Of a DNA stretch of 46,610 nt, positions 17,718 through 26,464 are shown piece by piece; positions within the stretch are counted from its first letter, which is position 1, and each line of letters begins with the position of its first letter. Source of the DNA: a virus. Lineage: Duplodnaviria; Caudoviricetes. The stretch covers positions 1-46,610 of the IMG/VR virus record IMGVR_UViG_3300034993_000035, one strand, 5' to 3'. Position numbers and translations under genes: made by a program. The notes below the pieces were generated by a model. That model searched no databases. It saw only the letters and a program-made list of their open reading frames with translations, and was not told the origin of the DNA.

Positions 17718-18046
17718 TGGTTCGCCAACTCCAACAACACGTCCGCATGGCAAGGTTGATCCAGTGGACACCAGCACGCGAGGTCATGTCCGCGCAGCGA
17801 CCGCAGATCGCGCTCCTCACCCTCAAAGTCTGTAAAGAATCCGGGGCGATCTTCGATAGGATTCATGGAGTATCGGAACATCTCCACAGCGTGGGCCGCA
17901 GTAACTCTCTCCTCACCTTTGCCGCGATCAATCAACTCGCCAACTGTCCAGGGGTTTCCAAACACGGTTGGCCTACCGACGTAGATCGCTCCTTCGGGCA
18001 TCCGCCAACCTTTTGTGCGCTTACGCTGAATACGCTTTGGCTTCAT
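17714..18046 (-). CDS. DUF4326 domain protein
   Basis: KRIQRKRTKGWRMP..AIYVGRP..FGNP...LRG.DLACWCP....CHADVLLELAN. Confidence 0.9.
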   Translation of the reverse strand: MKPKRIQRKRTKGWRMPEGAIYVGRPTVFGNPWTVGELIDRGKGEERVTAAHAVEMFRYSMNPIEDRPGFFTDFEGEERDLRSLRGHDLACWCPLDQPCHADVLLELANQ

Positions 18047-18300
18047 GCCGCCTCCCTGCTGTGCTCGCATTCCCTGCAGATCCAGACCGGCTCCAGCCAC
18101 ATCGGCCGACCCGGCAGCACCAACGGACGCTGCACTTCCCGCGCCTTACTCACCGGCCGGAACCGATCGCAGGACGCACAGCGCACGTGCCGCTCCGTCA
18201 GCCGATGCCGCCGCGAATCCTTGTGCAGGAGATAGGACGCATACGCCAAGATCGGCACCAGGGCGAGACAGACGAGGCCGAACACCTGTAACGCGGTCAT
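18043..18300 (-). CDS. Hypothetical membrane-anchored Zn-ribbon protein
   Basis: N-terminal hydrophobic helix; CASC...CREC. Confidence 0.6.
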   Translation of the reverse strand: MTALQVFGLVCLALVPILAYASYLLHKDSRRHRLTERHVRCASCDRFRPVSKAREVQRPLVLPGRPMWLEPVWICRECEHSREAA

Positions 18301-18638
18301 GCCGCCGCTCCCTTCAGCACACGCGAGATCCAATCCACGGCCTGCCCTGACTTGACATGTTCTGGCAGGCAATGAATCACCCGAAATCCATGCAGCGCCG
18401 CGAGCGCCGACTTCTCGCACTCCGCCCGCAAGCCGCGAATCGACGTATGCCGCCCGCCCGCCTGGTGGCTGCCACGTTGAAACGTGATGCCATCGATCTC
18501 GACTGCCAACTTTTCAGCCACGAAGCAGAGGTCGAACCGGAACCGGCGCGGCGGGGCAAAGCGCAACTCCCGCTCGTAGCCGCGAAGGCCCAGCGCGTGG
18601 CACTGAAAGACCAACTCGGCGGACCAGTCGCGCGTCAC
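18297..18638 (-). CDS. Vsr/DUF559-like PD-(D/E)xK endonuclease (possible resolvase)
   Basis: ELRFAPPRRFRFD.....KLAVEIDG...GGRH...EK...AAL.GFRVI. Confidence 0.8.
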   Translation of the reverse strand: MTRDWSAELVFQCHALGLRGYERELRFAPPRRFRFDLCFVAEKLAVEIDGITFQRGSHQAGGRHTSIRGLRAECEKSALAALHGFRVIHCLPEHVKSGQAVDWISRVLKGAAA

Positions 18639-19107
18639 GCGATCCTCCGCTGTAGTTGTCCGCAACGACACGGCCGCGCGCAGTTGTGTTGGCCGCGACA
18701 CGGCGCCGCCGCGTACGTCTGCTTCCCGTCCTCGCTCGTGTCCCACATGAACTTCTCAGGACGGCCGCACGTCCGCTGTGAACCGCCCGGACAGACGAAC
18801 AGCACGTAGCCGGTGTCGAGGCAGTGAAAGCAGCGATACGTCGTCGCTGGGGTGTCCGCAAAAAACTCTTTCGTCGCCGCAGCGCGTCGGAACTCCAGCG
18901 CCTTTTCGCGGATCGTTCCGGCCGATGGCATCGCCGTGCCGTACGCCTCCGTCGACCGATCCGCGAAGTAGTCACACGCCTGTTTCACTTCACCCGCGCC
19001 CACGTCATGCAGCACGCGAAGATAGACGCGCTGCGCGTCCTCGTCGAAGTTCGTCGCCTGACGCGCGAGCGCGAGATCGAGCAGATGATCGTGCGCAGTG
19101 AGCGGCG

Positions 19108-19111
<4 letters not shown>
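18635..19111 (-). CDS. Putative helicase loader / replication accessory protein
   Basis: Follows the initiator; Y...L.D....V..AC...MPSAG.IR motif plus CFHCLDTGY...PCRC. Confidence 0.55.
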
Positions 19112-20006
<895 letters not shown>

Positions 20007-20010
<4 letters not shown>

Positions 20011-20051
20011 CGAGCACCGCCAAGGTGTACAGATAGACTGATTGGAGCCAT
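20007..20051 (-). CDS. Putative 14-aa leader peptide MAPISLSVHLGGAR, coupled to the initiator
   Basis: TAGGAGG SD; its TGA overlaps the initiator TTG (TTGA at 20010-20007). Confidence 0.55.
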
Positions 20052-20056
20052 GCGGC

Positions 20057-20130
20057 CGGGCCTCCTACGCCCGTGCTGACTGGTCAGGGACCGTTCGACG
20101 CTACCAACGTCGGCGGTCCCGCCTATTCTA
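20057..20130 (-). promoter_or_regulatory. TAGAAT -10 box, hairpin, CTGACCA and SD hairpin (c4-a1b1-like architecture)
   Basis: GGGACCG-CCGACG-TTGGTAG-CGTCG-AA-CGGTCCC-TGACCA; CGGGC-GTAGGAG-GCCCG. Confidence 0.55.
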
Positions 20131-20263
20131 CAGCAAATCAACCCTGCTTGCGCCGTCATTTCGCCTCGATTAGTCGCCCCGAATCAGCCACGCTCGGGAC
20201 CACACGCATGAGCGCCGCGCGTAGGAGGCGCGACGGGCTGAACTGGCCGTGCTCAACTCTCAA

Positions 20264-20359
20264 GTGACGCGGGCTGCTCTGAATCGCTAGGCGTCTTAGA
20301 AGCAGCTCTCGCTGGCGCCTTTCGGCACGCCTACGGTCAGAGACTCACGCCCGCGTCAC
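20264..20359 (-). ncRNA. Candidate structured RNA (96 nt, multibranch, two GNRA tetraloops)
   Basis: Nested 11-, 6- and 7-bp helices closing GCC-GAAA-GGC and CAGC-GAGA-GCTG. Confidence 0.6.
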
Positions 20360-20513
20360 CACTCGACTTGCTCAACTCGAAACTCAGTTGCCCGTCTCTC
20401 CGGGCCGTCACGTCTCCGGCTGTGCGGTCGCATCCACCAGCCGAGTGCTCACCGCCGACGTTCACTTCACCGACTTGCTAACAGTTCGGCGACCCGCTCA
20501 CTTTCAACAACCT

Positions 20514-20606
20514 TCACGCCAACCGCTTCGTTTCGACCTGCGCGAATGCGCTCGCTCTGCGGTCCCCCCTGTCGTGCGGCTTGCATGGCGCTACTGATTG
20601 GGTCAT
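20514..20606 (-). CDS. Possible 30-aa peptide MTQSVAPCKPHDRGDRRASAFAQVETKRLA
   Basis: AAGGAGA RBS directly before ATG (short spacing); below the ORF track cut-off. Confidence 0.4.
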   Translation of the reverse strand: MTQSVAPCKPHDRGDRRASAFAQVETKRLA

Positions 20607-20629
20607 TTCTCCTTTGGGTTATCTCTTTG

Positions 20630-20956
20630 TTACCCGTCCCAAATTTGGCCTGTCTCGGTGTTCTCAAACCTGAGCACCGAATCCGCATTGCCCGTGATGA
20701 TCAGCACGCGCTTGGAGTGCCGCAGATCGTGGCAGTCATCGCAGATATCCATAATGTTGCTGGTATCTTCGGCCATAGGTCCGACACGACCGCGGATGTG
20801 GTGATGCTGCGTGCGCTTGCGTTGGCAGGCGCGGCATCGCAGATGGTCCCGGATGTCCGCCTGCCTGTACGACGCGTGCCGCTGCCGCAGTTTGTTGTTC
20901 AGCTTCTTCACGTGATCCATGTGCCGCGTGGTCATCTGGCTGCGAAGGAGGGTCAT
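20630..20956 (-). CDS. HNH endonuclease
   Basis: RD..RCRAC...HHHI...NIMDICDDCHDLRH. Confidence 0.8.
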   Translation of the reverse strand: MTLLRSQMTTRHMDHVKKLNNKLRQRHASYRQADIRDHLRCRACQRKRTQHHHIRGRVGPMAEDTSNIMDICDDCHDLRHSKRVLIITGNADSVLRFENTETGQIWDG

Positions 20957-21165
20957 CGCGGCCACACCGCGCAGAGATCCTGAGCTGGAGCGTAGGAAGC
21001 GTGCGCGCCTTTATGCCTCGATCGACGGCAACACTTGAACCCGTCACACGTCGCCTCGCACCACATCACTTCAAATGGTCCCTGCGGATACGCCTTCGAC
21101 AACAAGCGCTTTCTCTCAGGCGTCATGTCCCGTGATTCCTCGTACCGCAGAACATCTGGATTCAC
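20953..21165 (-). CDS. Hypothetical Cys/His-rich protein
   Basis: GGGAGG RBS; C.ATCDGFKCC...H.G.H. Confidence 0.6.
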   Translation of the reverse strand: MNPDVLRYEESRDMTPERKRLLSKAYPQGPFEVMWCEATCDGFKCCRRSRHKGAHASYAPAQDLCAVWPR

Positions 21166-21227
21166 ACGGCCTCCCGCGCATCAGTGTCCATGTGCCGCGT
21201 GGTCATGGCGCTGCGTAAGAGGCTCAC
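21162..21227 (-). pseudogene. 21-codon remnant duplicating the HNH gene N-terminus
   Basis: MSLLRSAMTTRHMD versus MTLLRSQMTTRHMD; 20-bp exact repeat. Confidence 0.65.
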
Positions 21228-21793
21228 GACGCCACCTTAGGAGACGGCGAGAACTTCGCTTTCGCGCGAGCGAGAGCGGGGCCGATCAATTGGTGGATGC
21301 GCCCGCGGCTCAAGCCAAGTTCCTCACCAATACGATCCATAGTCCAGCCTTCAAAGAGGCCGGACAAAATCACGCGTTCGCGTTCGTTCGTTGCGTTGCG
21401 TAGTACGGCCTCGCGCTGGGTCCTACGATGAATCTGCTCGTCCACGTCAACGCTGTCGGCGGGAAGATCGATTTCCTCGCCCTCCTCGTTGATAGGCCAC
21501 GGATCGATATGCAGCACATGCTCCATCGGACCGTGCGACCCCTCTCCGAGCGCGTGCCACGTCCAACCGTTCTGGCGTTTCCAGATCCGATGGTGATGAC
21601 GGAGGTAACCGTCCACTGTTGAAAACACCCAACTCTTCACAGCAGCCCCACGCGATGGGTCGAAACTCCGAACAGCTTTCACTAATGCGAACATCGCGGT
21701 TGAACGCAATTCCTCGACCGTGTGGATGCCTTGCGACATGCGCGCGTACTTCACAGCGCCGCTTTCTGCATACGACATGTGCTCCACGATCAA
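21224..21793 (-). CDS. Sigma-70-family sigma factor (regions 2 and 4; start uncertain)
   Basis: EELRSTAMFALVKAVRSFDPSRG...W; ERERVIL...EGWTMDRIGEELGLSRGRIHQL. Confidence 0.88.
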   Translation of the reverse strand: MIVEHMSYAESGAVKYARMSQGIHTVEELRSTAMFALVKAVRSFDPSRGAAVKSWVFSTVDGYLRHHHRIWKRQNGWTWHALGEGSHGPMEHVLHIDPWPINEEGEEIDLPADSVDVDEQIHRRTQREAVLRNATNERERVILSGLFEGWTMDRIGEELGLSRGRIHQLIGPALARAKAKFSPSPKVAS

Positions 21794-22320
21794 TTGCTCC
21801 TGCTCGGGAGTGAGGTCGGGCCACTTTGTGGATGGTCGAAAGGGACCACAGGCGCGACCTGCCCCGCCGTTTCTTCGGCGGTCGCCGATGCCTTCACGCG
21901 CCAGCCGTGATCGGTGTTTTCGATGCGCCCAGACTTGCTGAGTGCGAGCAGGTCGTTATAGACGGAGCTTGTTAGATTCAGTTCGTCTCGAAGCTGCGAC
22001 GGAAACATCGCGCCTTTCGCGCGCAGGGTCCGCAGAATTAAGGCGCGTCGGTCATCGGGGCTCATGTTGCCCGCGTAGCACATCCGAGAACAGAACCGGC
22101 CAGACACGCCTTGCTTGGGTTCGAACTGGGCGCCACACTTCTCGCATGTGCCGCGAGGCAACGAACGAGGCTCTACCGGAGCAGGCTTAGGAAACGGTGT
22201 CAGCTTCTGCGCTGGCGCAATGCCGGCAACCACCTCAAGTGCAGCGATGGCCTGGTCCATTAGATCGCGCTTCGACCGGAGGTCGGCTAGAACGACGGCA
22301 TAATCAACCGGCAGGCTCAC
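21790..22320 (-). CDS. Zn-finger plus winged-helix putative DNA-binding protein
   Basis: CEKCG.QF...RFCSRMC; LILRTLR..GAM.PSQLRDEL...L..LSKSGRIE....W. Confidence 0.7.
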   Translation of the reverse strand: MSLPVDYAVVLADLRSKRDLMDQAIAALEVVAGIAPAQKLTPFPKPAPVEPRSLPRGTCEKCGAQFEPKQGVSGRFCSRMCYAGNMSPDDRRALILRTLRAKGAMFPSQLRDELNLTSSVYNDLLALSKSGRIENTDHGWRVKASATAEETAGQVAPVVPFDHPQSGPTSLPSRSN

Positions 22321-22787
22321 GACGCCACCGCCTCACGCGCGTGCCGCTGGCGCCACTCCGGATCAGGCGGCGGGATCACGATGTGCAGTTCGGTCGGCGC
22401 CCAATCCAGCACCCACTCGATCAGTTTCGTAAACTCGGCGCGGCTGAGTTCTGACGAGCTGGCAATCTTCGGCACCGGTTGCCCGGTCGGCCCGATCTGA
22501 TACCCGCCGTACTCGCCAAGCAGCGCGTAGTGCATCTGGTTCTCGGTGTAGCCGAGTTCGTCCGCCAGGATCTTCACGGGCACGGCCCACCAATAGGCAT
22601 TCTGATCGAGCGACCGTTTGTAGGCTTTCTTCTGCACGGTCACGGTGACTTCGTGGCCCTTGAACTTTGCGGCCACGTAGCGGCGGAAGGCGTGTTGGTT
22701 GTCCAGCACGAAGATGCCGGCGTCATCGACGAAACCGTCGAACACGTTGGCCGGCACGGTGCGCGCGAACTTCGGCGGCTGCGTCAT
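22317..22787 (-). CDS. NinB-like recombination protein
   Basis: KRSLDQNAYWW...SSSELSRAEFTKLIE...A....I.IP.P. Confidence 0.75.
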   Translation of the reverse strand: MTQPPKFARTVPANVFDGFVDDAGIFVLDNQHAFRRYVAAKFKGHEVTVTVQKKAYKRSLDQNAYWWAVPVKILADELGYTENQMHYALLGEYGGYQIGPTGQPVPKIASSSELSRAEFTKLIEWVLDWAPTELHIVIPPPDPEWRQRHAREAVAS

Positions 22788-22990
22788 GACGCCTCTGCCT
22801 CCACCGTCTCGCGCCGCTCCTTCTGCTCGATCTCCCACGCGAGACACGCCTTGAGAAAGGCGTACTCCCCCATCTCCCGCGCATCCGCCTTCGTCACGAG
22901 CTGCCCGCACAGGCAGGGCTCTTCAGGGTCAGGCCCGTTACCGCCTGTGGTGCCGCGATGCCCTGAGGTCTGACAGATCAAGCAGGTCAT
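22784..22990 (-). CDS. Hypothetical protein
   Basis: CLICQTSG...PCLCG; ATGA coupling. Confidence 0.6.
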   Translation of the reverse strand: MTCLICQTSGHRGTTGGNGPDPEEPCLCGQLVTKADAREMGEYAFLKACLAWEIEQKERRETVEAEAS

Positions 22991-23211
22991 GCCGCCGCCT
23001 TTCTTGCCTTCCACGCCGCAACGTGGGCCGCGTGCTTCAGCGCACACGGCCGACACCGCTGGCGGTTCTTCTGGGCGTCATTCCGACAGGCCACGCAGCG
23101 CCCCAGCGCCGTCCTGATGTCTCGGACAACCCTGGAGTGCGCCGCGTTCGCCTGACGGCACTGAGGGCACCGACAGCCCTTCTGGTAGGCGTAGCGCGTC
23201 CCGCAGGTCAT
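22987..23211 (-). CDS. Hypothetical Cys-rich protein
   Basis: CGTRYAYQKGCRCPQCRQAN; CVAC...CRPC. Confidence 0.7.
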   Translation of the reverse strand: MTCGTRYAYQKGCRCPQCRQANAAHSRVVRDIRTALGRCVACRNDAQKNRQRCRPCALKHAAHVAAWKARKAAA

Positions 23212-23873
23212 GACGCGGCGGCCTCCAACTGGCCGCGGAGGTTTGTCAGCGTCGCGATGGCCTCAACCTCGCGATCCACTTCAGCGAGGAACGCGATCAG
23301 CTTCTTTTCGTAGTCGGCGATCTGCGCCTCGTCGCGGGTCACGCGCACGAGCTTCACGCGCAGCGGTTCGGGAAAGTCCGGCTGATACGACAGCCAGTCG
23401 CACCACTGCGCGCCGGTCACGTAGAGCTGGTGGAGGACTTGCCGCTGGTAGTCAGTCGGGATGACGCCAGTGCGGAGGTAGTCCAAGTGGATCGGCGCGG
23501 TCGGGCACTTCGCTTCCGCGATGCCTTCGAAGCCGTTAATCACCCCGTCCGGCGACGCGCCGGCCATCAGGTCATCGAGGCTCACATAACCCACGCGCTC
23601 CACGAGCGAGCCCGTCAGCGCCTCGTACGCCGCGAGCGCGTCCCCCTCACGCTCGACGCCATCGAGCATCGCCTGGGATTGGAACTGGCGGTCCATCGAG
23701 CGGCCAGTGATGCGCTCGAGCGCGAGTTTGACGCGGAGGTTACGACGGGCGGCCGCTTCGCCTTTCTGGACCGTAGCCAGCATGTCCTTAGCGTCCGAGC
23801 TGCCGACGCGGCCGACACGCGCGGCGGTCCACTGTTCTGACCGCTGATCGCAGACGATAATGGTGGCCTTCAT
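23208..23873 (-). CDS. YqaJ / lambda-exonuclease family 5'-3' exonuclease
   Basis: QRSEQW...R.G...SS; GASPDG; EAKCP; Y..Q...QL.VTG..WCD..SY. Confidence 0.93.
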   Translation of the reverse strand: MKATIIVCDQRSEQWTAARVGRVGSSDAKDMLATVQKGEAAARRNLRVKLALERITGRSMDRQFQSQAMLDGVEREGDALAAYEALTGSLVERVGYVSLDDLMAGASPDGVINGFEGIAEAKCPTAPIHLDYLRTGVIPTDYQRQVLHQLYVTGAQWCDWLSYQPDFPEPLRVKLVRVTRDEAQIADYEKKLIAFLAEVDREVEAIATLTNLRGQLEAAAS

Positions 23874-23877
23874 GCCG

Positions 23878-24624
23878 TCACCCCTTCACCTTCGCGGCCG
23901 TGGCCTTCGTGGCTTCCCACGCGCGGCGGTAGTGGTTGAACGTGTGCTGACGGAACCCCTCTGGCGACTTCTTCCACGCCTCGGTGAGCGCTGGGAGACC
24001 CTTTTCGGTGGCGATGACTTCCAGGTCCATCCGCCAGTCGTCGTAGCCTTTCGGGTCAGCCACTTCAGCGCGACCTGTGGCCGCGCCGTCGTCATCCTCG
24101 CGGGTCGCGATGCCGAGCAGGTCGTTGGTGGTGTAGCGCCGGCCGTACTGGTTCGCGGAGCCGAGCCCTTGAATGGCGTTCTTACTCCCGGATCCGTCCG
24201 CCGCTGAGACGAACTCGGACTGCCGCGAATGCCCGAGCCGATGCGAGAGAATCCCGACGACCTTGAGGATGTTCTTTTCGGGCCACTCGGTGCGGTGCGA
24301 CAGCGCGAATCCGTGCTTCTGGAGGATCGGCCGGACGATCTCGACGATGTCCTCGAGCGGCGCATACTTCCACTTGTCGCCCTTCTTCCGGGCCGCGACG
24401 GTCGGGATCTCGCCCTGCATGACCGAGAACGCCTCGTTGAACGCGGCCTCGGCCTGCGAGCGCATCACGCGCTCCTGCATTTCGATGAGCGCTTGGAGCT
24501 TCGCGACGTCGAAGTTCGGATTGGCCGCGAGCGCGACGATCTGTGAGGCGAGGTCGGCCTGTGGCGCAAGGGCCGTCTCGTCCTTCGGGAGCAGCGTCAT
24601 GTCCTTTACGGCTGTGTTGGCCAT
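23878..24624 (-). CDS. erf: ERF-family ssDNA annealing protein
   Basis: KYAPLEDIV..VRPIL.KHG...Q..GSA..YGRRY....LLGI...DDDG. Confidence 0.92.
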   Translation of the reverse strand: MANTAVKDMTLLPKDETALAPQADLASQIVALAANPNFDVAKLQALIEMQERVMRSQAEAAFNEAFSVMQGEIPTVAARKKGDKWKYAPLEDIVEIVRPILQKHGFALSHRTEWPEKNILKVVGILSHRLGHSRQSEFVSAADGSGSKNAIQGLGSANQYGRRYTTNDLLGIATREDDDGAATGRAEVADPKGYDDWRMDLEVIATEKGLPALTEAWKKSPEGFRQHTFNHYRRAWEATKATAAKVKG

Positions 24625-24627
24625 GGC

Positions 24628-25158
24628 CTACCACCCGATCCCTTGCGACAGCGCGTCGTAGTACTGCGCCTCTGCCGCCCGGATCTCGCTGATCCGCAGG
24701 CACTGCTCGATCTCGCCCTCAGTCAGCTCGTCCACTTCTTTCATGGCGTCAGCCGCGAGTCTCGCCATGAACTCGGACTCAGCCGCGGCGAGGCCCTTCA
24801 TCACCGCATCGGCCGCGCGCCAGTGCCGTTCGGCATCCAGCGCTGTGCAGTTGCGAATGGCTGGGGCGATGTAGGCGTAGAACAGATCCAACCGGGAGAG
24901 CCTCAGCGATGCGCTGATCGGAATCAGCAGCGACCCGTCGGGCTGCATCGCCGGGGCCACGTCGCTCACCGTCCGCCCCAGCCGCCGACAGATGAGGCCG
25001 TAGGCCGTGAAGAAGTCTTTGACCGAGCCGCGCTCGGCCGCCCAGAAGAAGTCCCCCACCAGGCGGATCGCCTGCGCCACCGGCTGATGGGCCGTCACCA
25101 GGAATCCGTCAGGGAAGTGCGTTTTGATCTCATAACTGGTAGAATGAAGTCCTCTCAT
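24628..25158 (-). CDS. Hypothetical protein
   Basis: GGGAGG RBS before ATG 25158. Confidence 0.7.
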   Translation of the reverse strand: MRGLHSTSYEIKTHFPDGFLVTAHQPVAQAIRLVGDFFWAAERGSVKDFFTAYGLICRRLGRTVSDVAPAMQPDGSLLIPISASLRLSRLDLFYAYIAPAIRNCTALDAERHWRAADAVMKGLAAAESEFMARLAADAMKEVDELTEGEIEQCLRISEIRAAEAQYYDALSQGIGW

Positions 25159-25203
25159 TGGTCGCCTCCCAAGGGCCGCTCTCACCAAGCGGCCCGAACT
25201 TTT

Positions 25204-25440
25204 TCAACCCAACTTCCCCCGCCGCTTCCGCTGCCAGACCGCATTCGCCAACCGGCACTTCACGCAGCGACAACCGGCGAGATACGTCGCGCGCACCCCA
25301 CATTTCCGCTGACTGAGCGGCCACCGTGGACGCGGGCGGTGGCGGTGGCGGATACTTGAAGGCGTGACGCCATCGATATTCGTCTTCCAGTACTTGACGC
25401 CAGAGTCACGCGTGAACCATGAAATCCGCCTCTGACTCAA
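25204..25440 (-). CDS. Hypothetical protein with a GCRCxxCR motif
   Basis: CGVRATYLAGCRCVKCRLAN; TTGA-coupled, GGAGG RBS. Confidence 0.55.
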   Translation of the reverse strand: MSQRRISWFTRDSGVKYWKTNIDGVTPSSIRHRHRPRPRWPLSQRKCGVRATYLAGCRCVKCRLANAVWQRKRRGKLG

Positions 25441-25649
25441 TCCGCCTCCGCCTGCTTCTTCCCGAACGTCACGGGCGATCCGTCCCTGGCCCACCGCTCA
25501 ATGCGTGAGGCCACGTAGCGCCGAATCCCAATCGGGCGGCCGGCCTCACACGACTTGAACAGCCCGCGCGACTGGTACTTGTGGAACGTGGACTTCTTCA
25601 GCCCGAGCCGCGCCATCACCTCTTGAGGCGTCAGTAACGTCGCCTTCAC
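25437..25649 (-). CDS. Excisionase/AlpA-like HTH protein
   Basis: LLTPQEVMARLGLKKSTFHK...G.F...RRY....IERW. Confidence 0.75.
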   Translation of the reverse strand: MKATLLTPQEVMARLGLKKSTFHKYQSRGLFKSCEAGRPIGIRRYVASRIERWARDGSPVTFGKKQAEAD

Positions 25650-25897
25650 GACGCCACCCGCTCACACCAGACCTTGTGGACGCGCTGGCAGACCATCACA
25701 TCCATGAGCCCGTTCCGCCGCAGTTGGTTCCTGGCGGCGTTGGCCGCCCTGAGCGCGATGGTGTAGGTCTCGAACTCCACGGAACCATCCGGCACGTCAA
25801 GCGTGTTGAGGACCGCCAGAGTTTCCGGCTTCTGTTTCCGGCCGCCGCGATACTTCCGCTGGCCGTGGTTCACCTTGAAGGCGGGCATGGCATTCAT
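25646..25897 (-). CDS. Hypothetical protein
   Basis: Coupled to both neighbours. Confidence 0.65.
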   Translation of the reverse strand: MNAMPAFKVNHGQRKYRGGRKQKPETLAVLNTLDVPDGSVEFETYTIALRAANAARNQLRRNGLMDVMVCQRVHKVWCERVAS

Positions 25898-26334
25898 TCG
25901 CTCACCACCGTCAGCGCCACGAGTTCGTGGATGATGGCGAAGAGCCGGTCCAGCACGATCTGCCGCTGCTGCTCTTTTGAGATCCCAAACTTCTTAGCGA
26001 CGATGCGGGCCAAGGCCGCGCGGTAGTCGAAGGGCTGCGCGTCCAGCCACGCCACGGAGAAGTTCTTCCCGTGCGTGCCGTTCATCGCCGCCGAGAACGT
26101 GCCGAAGTTGACGCCAGCGTTCAGCGCCATTTCCTTTTGGGACATCCCGCAGAGCACGCGCGCTTCGTCAATCAGCGCCAGAAACGGATCGGTCGGGACG
26201 ACAGCGTTTGCCGTGGTTGCTGCCTGCGTCAAATCCAAGGCAACTTTCGCGGGCCTCGTCTGGACGTGCCGCAAACGGTCGTAAACCGTTCGTGAGTGCG
26301 TTTGACGGGCTGGGGTCGCTACCGTGGCGGGCAT
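25894..26334 (-). CDS. XRE-HTH regulator in the CII position
   Basis: IDEAR..CGMSQKEMALNAGVNFGTFS; downstream of cro; start uncertain (26334 or 26382). Confidence 0.7.
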   Translation of the reverse strand: MPATVATPARQTHSRTVYDRLRHVQTRPAKVALDLTQAATTANAVVPTDPFLALIDEARVLCGMSQKEMALNAGVNFGTFSAAMNGTHGKNFSVAWLDAQPFDYRAALARIVAKKFGISKEQQRQIVLDRLFAIIHELVALTVVSE

Positions 26335-26464
26335 GTCAGATGCCTTCTCAGCTTTGAGTGACGCCGTGGAGCGCCGGACCATTCAGATCGGGCGCCTTGT
26401 GTTCCGGTTGCGCCGGGCCAGCGTGGCGCTGCGCGATGCGATCGACGCGCTGGAGGCGCATGGC

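Noticed and set aside
20195-20260. HDV-like (theta) ribozyme, suggested by GCC-TCCTACGCGC-GGC
   Set aside because: P1 would be only 5 bp, and the P1.1 GG and a P4/J4-2 catalytic C context are missing
20264-20359. Hammerhead ribozyme or tRNA mimic (CTGA, GAAA; CTTCTAAG equals the att anticodon loop)
   Set aside because: CTGACCG is not CUGANGA, GAAA is a tetraloop, and there is no cloverleaf; an 8-mer match is expected by chance in 46 kb
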